A stretch of 64,000 bases of DNA from an uncultured Aminicenantes bacterium (GTDB taxonomy: Bacteria > Acidobacteriota > Aminicenantia > UBA2199). The stretch covers positions 139,165 to 203,164 of the forward strand of contig CBDAFS010000062.1 of the NCBI GenBank assembly GCA_965195285.1. The letters run 5' to 3'. Below the pieces are notes generated by a model that saw only the letters and a list, made by a program, of their open reading frames with translations, was not told the DNA's origin and made no database searches. The position numbers were made by a program, and so were the translations under genes. Positions 16,829 through 26,204 of the stretch are shown piece after piece. Numbering within the stretch: position 1 is the stretch's first letter; every line of letters begins with the position of its first letter.

Positions 16829-19473
16829 GAAATTCAGAAATCAGAGAAATATTTTTCTCGTTTTTTGACCAAAACAAACATTACCGGGTGTTTTCTTCTC
16901 CCCTGATCCCAGCCAAAGACCCGACCCTTTTATTCACCAACGCCGGCATGAATCAATTCAAAGATGTCTTTCTCGGCCTGGAAACCCGGGATTACAAGCG
17001 AGCAATCAGCATCCAGAAATGCATGCGGGTTTCCGGGAAGCACAATGATTTCAACGAGGTGGGAAAAACCGAATATCACCATACTTTTTTTGAAATGCTG
17101 GGAAATTTCTCTTTTGGGAATTACTTCAAAGAAAAAGCCATTGAATACGCCTGGGAATTGCTCACCCAGCATTATCACTTCAATCCTGACGATTTATGGG
17201 TTTCAATTTTCAAACAGGATGATGAGGCATTTAAAATCTGGGAGCAACAGATCGGGGTTCCGTCCCGTAAAATAATCAGACTTGACGAAAAAGATAACTT
17301 CTGGCAGATGGGAGAAACCGGACCCTGCGGTCCCTGCTCCGAAATTCATTTTGACAAGGGAGAGCAGCATGGCCCGGTTAATTCTCTTGAAAACGGAAAT
17401 CGTTTTGTTGAAATCTGGAACCTGGTCTTCATGCAATACAACCGGAACAAAGACGGAAAACTCAATCCCCTTTCGGCCCCGTCAATTGATACCGGAATGG
17501 GAATGGAACGGCTGACCTCTTTGCTTCAAAATGTCGACAGCAATTACCAGACAGATCTGTTTAAACCCATCATCGATTTTACAGCTGAAATGTGCGGCAT
17601 TCATCCGGATGACAAAACCAGTCAAGTAGACTTTAAAGTCATTGCCGATCATATCCGGGCCCTTTCATTTCTCATTTCCGATGGCGTGCTTCCTGCCAAC
17701 ACCGGCCGGGGATATGTGTTGAGACGGTTGCTCAGAAGAGCCTCCAAACATGGAAAATTACTGGGATTTTCCAAACCGTTTCTCTATAAAATCAGCCTCA
17801 GCGTCATCGAAACCATGAAGGCATTTTATCCCGAACTGGAATACAACCGGGGTTTTATTTCTGAAGTCATTCTGGCCGAAGAAGAGAGGTTTAACCAAAC
17901 CCTGTTAAATGGCCTCAAGAAATTCGAAGAATGCCTGGAAAAGGCCCTGGCCAGCAAACAGAAAACCATCTCCGGTACCGAGCTATTCAAACTCTCCGAC
18001 ACCTATGGATTTCCCCTGGATTTCGCCATTGACTTGGCCACGGAACGGGATGTGTTGATCGACTTCCCCGGTTTTCAGCAAGAACTGGAAAACCAGAGAA
18101 AAAAATCCAGACTGGATTTGGATCAAAAGAAAAAATCCGGAAAGACTTTTGAGAATGTCGAAAAATTCAAATCGATTTTCACCGGCTACTCCGGTTTAAT
18201 TGACCAGGGAACCTTACTGGCAATCTATACGGCATCCGAAAATCCGAACCACTATCAGGCAATATCCCAGATTGAAAAAAGTAAAACCCCTTCCGACCCC
18301 GGAGATATCCTGCTGATATTTGACCGAACCCCATTCTACCCCGAATCGGGCGGACAGGTCGGGGACACCGGAAATGGAAAAAATGAGAATGTGTATATCG
18401 AAATAAATGACACCCAGAAACTCGACCGAGGAACCATCGTCCATTTTGCCAGAATAAAAAAGGGGAAATTAAAATCGGGGGACAGACTCATGCTGTCGGT
18501 ACACCCGGGGAAACGGAAGCATACTGCTATCCACCACTCTGCCACCCATTTGCTCCACTATTCACTGAGGGAAGTTCTGGGACTTCATGTCAGGCAAGCC
18601 GGATCCTATGTGGGCCCGGACAAGTTACGATTCGATTTTACCCATTTTAAACCGGTATCGCAGGCAGAGTTAAAAAAAGTTGAGGTCATTGTCAACCAGA
18701 AGATCAGGGAGAATTTACCATTGGAAACCGAAGACATGAAATATGAAATGGCTATTGAAAAAGGCGCAATTGCCCTATTTGAAGAAAAATATTCGGATTC
18801 CGTAAGGGTAATATCCATCGGAGACACCTCCATGGAGTTGTGCGGGGGTACCCACATTCAGAATACGGGAGAAATCGGTTTATTTAAAATAATTTCCGAA
18901 TCATCCATTTCCTCGGGAATCAGAAGGATTGAAGCCATCGGAGGTGATACCGCTTTCTTATTTATACAGGAAAGTTTGGAAACCCTCAACAAAATCCAAC
19001 ATCATTTCAACCAGCGCCAGGAAAACCTATTGGATTTCCTGATTCAGACGGATAAGACTTTAAAGGAAAAGGATAAACAATTGCAAAAAATGGATAAAGT
19101 CGACCGGGAAAAAGAATCGGGAAAAATCATCGGCCAACCCCAGTCAATCAATAACATAAAGACGATCGTGGAATATGTGGAAGACATCAATCACCAGCAG
19201 CTTCGCTCTTTGGCCGATAAAGTCAAAACAAAAAACAAAGGGATATCAATTCTTTTATCCAACATCAACGGTAAATCGGCAATCATCGTATCCATATTTG
19301 AAAACCTGACCCGGAAAGCGGATGCCCGGATGCTCATCAAGGAAATCGCCAGCCTGGTGGACGGGGATGGGGGTGGCCGGGTAGATTTTGCCCAGGCCGG
19401 TGGAAAGCCCATAGAAAACATTCCCAAACTAAAAAAGAATATCTCCGATATATTAAAAAAACACCTGACATGA
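16825..19473 (+). CDS. alaS: Alanine-tRNA ligase
   Basis: LLFTNAGM, HHTFFEMLGN, GPCGPCSE, HSATHLL, ELCGGTH, GGG...AQAGG. Confidence 0.97.
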   Translation: MRNSEIREIFFSFFDQNKHYRVFSSPLIPAKDPTLLFTNAGMNQFKDVFLGLETRDYKRAISIQKCMRVSGKHNDFNEVGKTEYHHTFFEMLGNFSFGNYFKEKAIEYAWELLTQHYHFNPDDLWVSIFKQDDEAFKIWEQQIGVPSRKIIRLDEKDNFWQMGETGPCGPCSEIHFDKGEQHGPVNSLENGNRFVEIWNLVFMQYNRNKDGKLNPLSAPSIDTGMGMERLTSLLQNVDSNYQTDLFKPIIDFTAEMCGIHPDDKTSQVDFKVIADHIRALSFLISDGVLPANTGRGYVLRRLLRRASKHGKLLGFSKPFLYKISLSVIETMKAFYPELEYNRGFISEVILAEEERFNQTLLNGLKKFEECLEKALASKQKTISGTELFKLSDTYGFPLDFAIDLATERDVLIDFPGFQQELENQRKKSRLDLDQKKKSGKTFENVEKFKSIFTGYSGLIDQGTLLAIYTASENPNHYQAISQIEKSKTPSDPGDILLIFDRTPFYPESGGQVGDTGNGKNENVYIEINDTQKLDRGTIVHFARIKKGKLKSGDRLMLSVHPGKRKHTAIHHSATHLLHYSLREVLGLHVRQAGSYVGPDKLRFDFTHFKPVSQAELKKVEVIVNQKIRENLPLETEDMKYEMAIEKGAIALFEEKYSDSVRVISIGDTSMELCGGTHIQNTGEIGLFKIISESSISSGIRRIEAIGGDTAFLFIQESLETLNKIQHHFNQRQENLLDFLIQTDKTLKEKDKQLQKMDKVDREKESGKIIGQPQSINNIKTIVEYVEDINHQQLRSLADKVKTKNKGISILLSNINGKSAIIVSIFENLTRKADARMLIKEIASLVDGDGGGRVDFAQAGGKPIENIPKLKKNISDILKKHLT

Positions 19474-20144
19474 AAACCAAGACGATCTCGATTCTACTTT
19501 TTTTTGTCGCCATATCTCTCTGTGCAGAAATAGTCGTCAAATATGACAAGGATGGGAAAATTGTTGTTTCCAACAGACTGTCCAAATATGACAGCCGGAA
19601 TCAAGTCAATTTTAAAAATTCATTCTACTCGCCTTCGATTCCCTCTTCGTATCTCCTGAAAATCAAAACGCTGTCCAAGGAGCATAAATTGCGAGAAGAT
19701 TTAATCATTGCAGTGATAAAGGCCGAATCCAGTTTTAACCCCTATGCAGTCTCTAAAAAGGGCGCCATCGGTCTCATGCAACTCATGCCGGATACAGCCA
19801 GACAGTACGGAGTTACAAACAGATTTGATGTCAATCAAAATCTGAAGGGTGGTATCACCCACCTGAAATACCTGTACCGAAAATACAATAAAAATCTCCC
19901 GCTCACCCTGGCCGCCTACAATGCCGGTGAGAAAGCAGTCAAAAACCACAACGGAATCCCTCCTTACCGGGAAACCCATAATTATATAAAGCGAACCATG
20001 AAATATATGGGATTACATTACAGCGGTTACTTGAAACCCAGACCGAGAAAAAAATTATTCAAATATATCACCAAAGAAGGGAGGATTGTCATAACCGACT
20101 TATTCCCCGCCAAATTCGACGGGAATGTGGAAATAATCGAATAG
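19470..20144 (+). CDS. Lytic transglycosylase (SLT domain)
   Basis: AES, GAIGLMQL, AAYNAG motifs; signal peptide. Confidence 0.9.
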   Translation: MKTKTISILLFFVAISLCAEIVVKYDKDGKIVVSNRLSKYDSRNQVNFKNSFYSPSIPSSYLLKIKTLSKEHKLREDLIIAVIKAESSFNPYAVSKKGAIGLMQLMPDTARQYGVTNRFDVNQNLKGGITHLKYLYRKYNKNLPLTLAAYNAGEKAVKNHNGIPPYRETHNYIKRTMKYMGLHYSGYLKPRPRKKLFKYITKEGRIVITDLFPAKFDGNVEIIE

Positions 20145-20156
20145 GAATCTCCGATA

Positions 20157-20642
20157 ATGATAAAATTAAGATCTGCCAGAAAGAGTATTCTGCTAGGAGG
20201 GTTGCTTTCAGGAATACTATCCGTCATTCCCATCATCAACTTATTCAATATCTTTTTCATGCTATGGATGGGAGTGGGAGGTCTGATCAGCATCTACCTG
20301 CTGAAAAAGGATACGCCTGCAATTCAAACCGCTGATGCTGCTCTGGTCGGGGCCGCCAGCGGATTGACCGGTGGGATCATTTTCGTTTTGTTTTCTACCA
20401 TCATGGTATTCAACATTTCAGAAGAGAAAATCGAAAATGCATTGGCTAAAGTGGGTTCCCTGGCCTCACTGGTCGAAGAGGATATCCTGTCCCTGGTTCA
20501 AAATACAAATTTTAGAATGATGTTTTTCGGCGTGATTGCCATTGGTTTTTGCTTCGCCATTATTTCCGGTTTAACCGGCGGACTGATCGGTAAATCCATT
20601 TTTTTCTCCAATAAAGACATAAAAAAGGAGGAACAGCCATGA
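20157..20642 (+). CDS. Hypothetical 4-TM membrane protein
   Basis: Gly-rich hydrophobic helices; in operon. Confidence 0.65.
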   Translation: MIKLRSARKSILLGGLLSGILSVIPIINLFNIFFMLWMGVGGLISIYLLKKDTPAIQTADAALVGAASGLTGGIIFVLFSTIMVFNISEEKIENALAKVGSLASLVEEDILSLVQNTNFRMMFFGVIAIGFCFAIISGLTGGLIGKSIFFSNKDIKKEEQP

Positions 20643-21571
20643 TAGCAGATAAAGTCCACATCATCGTCAATCCCTTTTCCGCCCGGGGGAAAACAGGGCA
20701 GCGCTGGAACACCATAAAAGATATTGTGAAAAACTATTTCAAAGAATTCAAATACATCTTCACTGAAAAACCCCGGCAGGCCACCCAGATTGCCCGAGAA
20801 ATACTCAAAGATGGTTTTGACCTGATTATCGGGGTGGGTGGAGATGGAACCCTGAATGAAATCACCAATGGCTTTTTCCAGCGCAATTCAAAGGCCACCA
20901 TTAACGAAAACGCCTCACTGGGCATCATCCCTTCGGGAACAGGGTCCGATTTTATCCGTTTCATGAAAATCCCCCGGGATCTGAAAGAATCGGTGGAATT
21001 GATAAAAAATTCAAAATCCAAAAAAATTGATATCGGACGAATCACCTACAATCCGGACACCACCCTTCAGAACCATCAATTTTTCATCAATATCGCTGAT
21101 TTCGGATTGGGAGCCGAAGTGATTAAGAAACTAGCGGGTATTCCCTCGCTAAAACGGGGACCCCTTGCCTACTACAAGGGACTGTTGAAAACACTCGGGA
21201 CCTACTCCAGCAAAATGGTAAAAGTTGTAATTGATGATTCCAAAACCATTAAGGACAAATTTCTGATCGGCGCCATTGCCAACGGAGGGATATTCGGGGG
21301 GGGTATGATAATTGCCCCCGGGGCAGAACCCGATGATGGATTTTTTGATCTGGTCCTGATCCAGGACATGAAAAAACTTGAAATCATTTCCAACACTCCT
21401 CATCTCTATCGAGGTACCATTGAAAAACATCCCAAGGCGATTATCCAGAGGGCAAAAAAAATTGAAATCACTTCTGATGAAACCGTTCATATTGAATATG
21501 ACGGAGAAATGGGCAAAACACTCCCGGCCATATTTGAAATCATTGAAAGAAAGATCAATCTCAGAATTTGA
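20639..21571 (+). CDS. Diacylglycerol/lipid kinase family (YegS/DgkB-like)
   Basis: NPFS, GGDGT, PSGTGSDF, DGE motifs. Confidence 0.9.
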   Translation: MIADKVHIIVNPFSARGKTGQRWNTIKDIVKNYFKEFKYIFTEKPRQATQIAREILKDGFDLIIGVGGDGTLNEITNGFFQRNSKATINENASLGIIPSGTGSDFIRFMKIPRDLKESVELIKNSKSKKIDIGRITYNPDTTLQNHQFFINIADFGLGAEVIKKLAGIPSLKRGPLAYYKGLLKTLGTYSSKMVKVVIDDSKTIKDKFLIGAIANGGIFGGGMIIAPGAEPDDGFFDLVLIQDMKKLEIISNTPHLYRGTIEKHPKAIIQRAKKIEITSDETVHIEYDGEMGKTLPAIFEIIERKINLRI

Positions 21572-21615
21572 ACACGGTACCGGTTATGGAGTAACATAAA
21601 CATTTAGGAGGAACA

Positions 21616-22797
21616 ATGACAACCAAATTGACTACCGCCATTGTCTTCATCAGTTTATTGATTTCCTGTCACCCTTCACAGGAAAAAATCGACTTTGAAA
21701 CTTTCTCCAAAAGATTTTCGGATATTCAACAGAAATATAAGCAAAAAACCAAGCAGGTTCGTTCTCAAGATGAATATCAAGCATTGATTAAGGAAAAAAA
21801 TAAAGAACTGGAAAAATTATTAGGTGCTGCCGAATCAGTCTCCACCAGCCATGAACGGGATATCCTGACCGCAAAAATATACCTTCAACTGAAAAGATTC
21901 AATGAGGCCGAACAACTGATCAATCCCCTGCTCACCCTAAAATCAAAATTTTCCAGCCAGATAAAAATGGCCCGTGTCCAGATTCTGATATCTCTGGATA
22001 AAAGTACCGACGCATTGAAAGTGTTCCGAGAGATCGAACCCCGCCTCAAGCGGGACCATGATTTCTTTTCTGCCAGCCTCTTTTTTGCCCTGAAAGCAAA
22101 AGAAACCGAAGTCCGTGAACAATATAGCACCAAATTGCTGGAATCAAAGGATATGCCGGATGAATTCAATGTATTCAAGGGTAGAATGTATTCCAGTTTG
22201 GCTGGAGCAGCCTATAAAAAAGGCAAACTCCCCGAAACCAAAATGTATATGGAAAAGGCCCTGCAGGCAGCAAACCACCCCATGGAAAAACACTTTTTTC
22301 AAGCCCGCCTGTCCCAGCTCAATCTCATCGGTTCAGAGGCCCCTTCAATATCAGCAGAAACCTGGATCAATTCCCGCCCACTGACCCTGACCGGACTTCG
22401 GGGTAAAATCATTTTGATTGATTTCTGGGCCCCCTGGTGCACACCCTGCAGAAAAACCCTGCCCATGTTGACCGATCTTTATCAATCGTACCGAAAAAAA
22501 AATCTGGTCATCATCGGGTATACCAAATTATACGGAATGTACCGGGATGATGTGGAGGAAAGGAATAAAGTCGATAAAGCAGAAGAATTGGCATTGATAG
22601 AAAAATTTATCAGGCGAAACAAAATCCCCTACCCCATATCCATCTCTCATGAAGGCCAGGATTATGCAAAATATTTTGTGGCCGGAATCCCGGCCATTAT
22701 ATTGATCGATAAATCGGGCCGGGTCAATCATATTCAAATGGGAGCCGGCCAGGCCCCTTTTGTCAGAGAAAGAATCCTCCAATTATTGCAAAACTGA
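21616..22797 (+). CDS. TlpA/redoxin-domain lipoprotein with N-terminal TPR-like helices
   Basis: LISC lipobox; DFWAPWCTPC; GIP cis-Pro loop. Confidence 0.85.
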   Translation: MTTKLTTAIVFISLLISCHPSQEKIDFETFSKRFSDIQQKYKQKTKQVRSQDEYQALIKEKNKELEKLLGAAESVSTSHERDILTAKIYLQLKRFNEAEQLINPLLTLKSKFSSQIKMARVQILISLDKSTDALKVFREIEPRLKRDHDFFSASLFFALKAKETEVREQYSTKLLESKDMPDEFNVFKGRMYSSLAGAAYKKGKLPETKMYMEKALQAANHPMEKHFFQARLSQLNLIGSEAPSISAETWINSRPLTLTGLRGKIILIDFWAPWCTPCRKTLPMLTDLYQSYRKKNLVIIGYTKLYGMYRDDVEERNKVDKAEELALIEKFIRRNKIPYPISISHEGQDYAKYFVAGIPAIILIDKSGRVNHIQMGAGQAPFVRERILQLLQN

Positions 22798-22815
22798 AAA
22801 ACAAGGAAAAATAAA

Positions 22816-23124
22816 ATGGAAACATTAAAATCGAATGAGCTGGAAGGAAAGCTGCAAGCCTCGGAATTTGTCATCATCGATTTCAGTTCGCCCGGATGCG
22901 CCCCCTGTAAAAAAATCCCCCCCCTGATAGCTGAAGTACTGACCCGGATGGAAGGAGTGGATATCAACGCCTTTGAAGTCAATGTTGCCGATGAACCCGA
23001 AGCGGGTCAAAAAAACTTCATCCTGGGAGTGCCGACTATTATTATTTTTAAAAACGGACAGGAGATTAGCCGTTTCAATTCGGTTCCCAAAATTGAAAAG
23101 ATTATCCGGGCCATAAAGCCCTGA
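22816..23124 (+). CDS. Thioredoxin-family protein
   Basis: CAPC active site, GVPT. Confidence 0.85.
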   Translation: METLKSNELEGKLQASEFVIIDFSSPGCAPCKKIPPLIAEVLTRMEGVDINAFEVNVADEPEAGQKNFILGVPTIIIFKNGQEISRFNSVPKIEKIIRAIKP

Positions 23125-23213
23125 ACCCGGCCTGGTCAATCAATCCGAACCCTCCATGACATCATGATGTCCTCTTATCAGGACGTTTCAAGGGAAATCT
23201 CCCGGATTTCAAA

Positions 23214-23229
23214 TGGCAATAAAATTGCA
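23214..23229 (+). promoter_or_regulatory. Sigma-54 (-24/-12) promoter
   Basis: TGGCAA-N5-TTGCA with exact consensus spacing, 21 bp upstream of the OMP start. Confidence 0.65.
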
Positions 23230-23250
23230 TTCTGAACTTCAGGAGATAAA

Positions 23251-23922
23251 ATGAAAAAAATAAATCTATGCATATTGATCATGCTAATCTTGTCGGGAAT
23301 ATCATCAGCTGACCAGGCCTTCAGTTTAAAAATTGGCTTGTTTCAACCCTCTCTCAGTTCTGATCTTTGGGATGTCAATGTGGAAAATCTCGCCTTCGGC
23401 AAACAGGACATGCTCGATCTGTATTACGGAGCCGAATACGAGTTTTTTCTGGGTTCACGTTTTTCCATCTCTTTTAACGGCGGAACTTATAATAAAACCA
23501 TATACAGTCAGTACAAGGATTGGGAATACGAGGACGGAAACCCGATTCTGCAAAACCTTTCACTCCGAATCACTTCTCTGGAGGCAAATCTGAAATTATA
23601 TCCGGCCGGCCACAGGGGAAAGCTATACCCGTTTATCGGGATCGGAGCCGGAATTTTTGCCTGGAGATATGCCCAGTGGGGCGATTTTATCAACTTCGAG
23701 GACTTGAGCGTCCAGGAAGGCTATGCGGAAACCAGCACCTATACCCTGGGATTCAATGCCCTGGCCGGAATTGGTTTCAGGTTCAATCGTTCTTTCGGAC
23801 TTTTTTTTGAAGCCAAGTACCAGTATTTAAAAGGCAAGCTATCCTCGTTCTTCGAAGGATTTGAAAAGCTGGATCTGAGCGGGTTGAAATACAACCTGGG
23901 ATTTACATTCTTTTTTTGGTAA
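23251..23922 (+). CDS. Outer membrane beta-barrel protein (8-stranded OmpW/OmpA-like)
   Basis: Signal peptide, alternating aromatic/Gly strands, C-terminal aromatic residue (FFFW). Confidence 0.8.
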   Translation: MKKINLCILIMLILSGISSADQAFSLKIGLFQPSLSSDLWDVNVENLAFGKQDMLDLYYGAEYEFFLGSRFSISFNGGTYNKTIYSQYKDWEYEDGNPILQNLSLRITSLEANLKLYPAGHRGKLYPFIGIGAGIFAWRYAQWGDFINFEDLSVQEGYAETSTYTLGFNALAGIGFRFNRSFGLFFEAKYQYLKGKLSSFFEGFEKLDLSGLKYNLGFTFFFW

Positions 23923-24028
23923 GTTCCTTTCAGCCGGCCTGAAATGATTTTTTTGGAAAATAAAACAATATAGGCTATAATTTAAAAAGACGATTTTCCG
24001 AAAAAATGAATTCGCCCAAGGAGGAGCA

Positions 24029-24952
24029 ATGAAAAAGATATTAATCAGTTTATCCATCGCTATTTCGATTTTGATGATAGCCGGATGTAGCCCCAAAAAA
24101 AATATAAATCAGGACACACGCTTTGATTCCTTTTTTGAAAAGGCAAGGTTAATCATGTCCAAAGAGGAACTGAGCATTTATAAACATCTGCCCGATCAGG
24201 TATCCAAAGAAGAATTCATAAAAGAATTCTGGGAGAAAAGGGACCCCACTCCGGAAACCGAAGAAAATGAAAACAAAATGGAATTCGAGGAACGAATTAA
24301 GTATGCCAATCGCTGGTTCAAAGAGGGGAAAGCAAACAATTCCGGCTGGGATACAGAGAGAGGCAGAATCCTTCTCCAGCTGGGTTTCCCTGACCGGAGG
24401 GAATTCGGTGATTACACCCGCACCCATCCCATGACAGGAGCCCTGATCGGAACCAAAAGATACCCCATGGAGAGATGGTACTACTATCGGTATCAGTTGG
24501 GTTTGGTGTTTGTTGACATGGATGGCTTCGGAAAGTTGAGGTTATCCAGGGTTCCGGCTACACTGCTGACCGCCCTGGATATGGCCAAATTCACTCTGGA
24601 CTTGAGAAACAAATCCGAACTTAAACGGGCCTTCAAGTTTGATGCGGATTTTAAGGACGAAAACATTATCATCGAGATCCCCGTGAAGAAACTCAGTTTT
24701 GAAGAGAATGAGGATCAGATGACTGTCAGATTCAAAATCGATGTATATGTGTATCACAACTATCAAAAAATTGAAAAACTCACAGAAAATAAAACCGTAA
24801 CCCGACCCAGGAAAGACGTATTGAAGACCAAAACCCTGGATTTCAAGATCGCCTACAAACCAGAGAAGAAAGGCACCTATTACTTTGACATTATTATAGA
24901 AGAGGTTCTCACTTTCTCAAAATACAGAAATTTTTGCAAATACAAGAAATAA
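24029..24952 (+). CDS. GWxTD-domain lipoprotein
   Basis: IAGC lipobox; FWEKRDPTP..NE; GWDTERGRI; TTGGAA-N17-TATAAT promoter upstream. Confidence 0.85.
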   Translation: MKKILISLSIAISILMIAGCSPKKNINQDTRFDSFFEKARLIMSKEELSIYKHLPDQVSKEEFIKEFWEKRDPTPETEENENKMEFEERIKYANRWFKEGKANNSGWDTERGRILLQLGFPDRREFGDYTRTHPMTGALIGTKRYPMERWYYYRYQLGLVFVDMDGFGKLRLSRVPATLLTALDMAKFTLDLRNKSELKRAFKFDADFKDENIIIEIPVKKLSFEENEDQMTVRFKIDVYVYHNYQKIEKLTENKTVTRPRKDVLKTKTLDFKIAYKPEKKGTYYFDIIIEEVLTFSKYRNFCKYKK

Positions 24953-24989
24953 GAAAGCAGGTGGTTTTCAGCTTTCTCAGGAGAAGTTC

Positions 24990-26177
24990 ATGAAGAGGAC
25001 CAACATCAACCTTTTTTTAATTTTAATTTACTTGATTTCATTCAACGCTTGTTTACAGAACGAAAATGAAAACCGGGAAAGAGGGGATATAATCAGCTCC
25101 AACATGATCAATGCCTATTCCATAGCTGAAATCAGGCAGTTGTGGTCGAATTTAGGTATAGAATACGTAATTGGTCTTCGCTATCCCGTGGATGCTATTC
25201 GAATTGTTTATCAAACCGTGGATGTTAATGGCAATCCGGTCCAGGCATCGGGCGCATTTATGGTACCCGATGCAAACCTGAGTTTTCCCCTATTGAGCCT
25301 GCAACACGGCACGGAATCAAAGCGAAACCTGGTGGCTTCGGAAAGCCCCCTTAATTCAGTGGAAGGTGTTGCCGGGTTGTACATGTCTTCACTGGGATAT
25401 TTAAGCTGCATCCCGGATTACCTGGGATTCGGAATATCCACCCTCATGCATCCCTACTGTCACGCCCGGTCAAATGCCATCACTGCCATTGATTTCATTC
25501 GGGCCGCCCGGCAATATTGCAATGAAAATGGAATTGAATATAACAACCAGTTGTTTTTAACCGGATATTCCGAGGGTGGATATGTCACCCTGGCCCTGCA
25601 AAAAGAAATCGAACAAAATTATGCCGACGAAATCAATATTACCGCGGTGGCTCCGATGGCCGGCCCATACGATCTATACGGCATGATTCGTGATGTGTTC
25701 AATAAATCCTCCTATATTGACCTGGGATATATCGGGTACCTTTTTACCGCCTATGATGAAATATATGACTGGAACCGCCTGAATGATTTCTTCAACTCTC
25801 CTTATGGGGATATGATGCCCAATTTGTATAATGGCTCACTGACCTGGGGACAAATTGTCAGCCAGCTCCCGGACCAATTCAATCAGCTGGTCAAAACCAG
25901 TTTCCGGAATGATTTTTTAAACGACAATGAACCAGAAATCAGCTCTGCATTCCAGCAAAACACACTCTTAAACTGGACACCCCGTGCTCCTATCCGCTTC
26001 TATCATGGCAATGCCGACCAGGTGGTTCCCTACCAAAATGCCCTGACAACGGTGAATAATTTAAGGAACAACGGAGGCACAAACATTTCCCTGATTACCA
26101 TTCCCGGGGGAACACATGAAACAGCGGCTGCCGACTGTTTTATTGGAATGATACTCTGGTTTGATCAATTCAATTGA
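24990..26177 (+). CDS. Secreted alpha/beta hydrolase (secretory lipase family), probable lipoprotein
   Basis: HGT, PDYLG, GYSEGG nucleophile elbow, D (HGNADQ) and H (GTH). Confidence 0.85.
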   Translation: MKRTNINLFLILIYLISFNACLQNENENRERGDIISSNMINAYSIAEIRQLWSNLGIEYVIGLRYPVDAIRIVYQTVDVNGNPVQASGAFMVPDANLSFPLLSLQHGTESKRNLVASESPLNSVEGVAGLYMSSLGYLSCIPDYLGFGISTLMHPYCHARSNAITAIDFIRAARQYCNENGIEYNNQLFLTGYSEGGYVTLALQKEIEQNYADEINITAVAPMAGPYDLYGMIRDVFNKSSYIDLGYIGYLFTAYDEIYDWNRLNDFFNSPYGDMMPNLYNGSLTWGQIVSQLPDQFNQLVKTSFRNDFLNDNEPEISSAFQQNTLLNWTPRAPIRFYHGNADQVVPYQNALTTVNNLRNNGGTNISLITIPGGTHETAAADCFIGMILWFDQFN

Positions 26178-26204
26178 AACAGTTAATCATCCCGGGCCTC
26201 TCCA

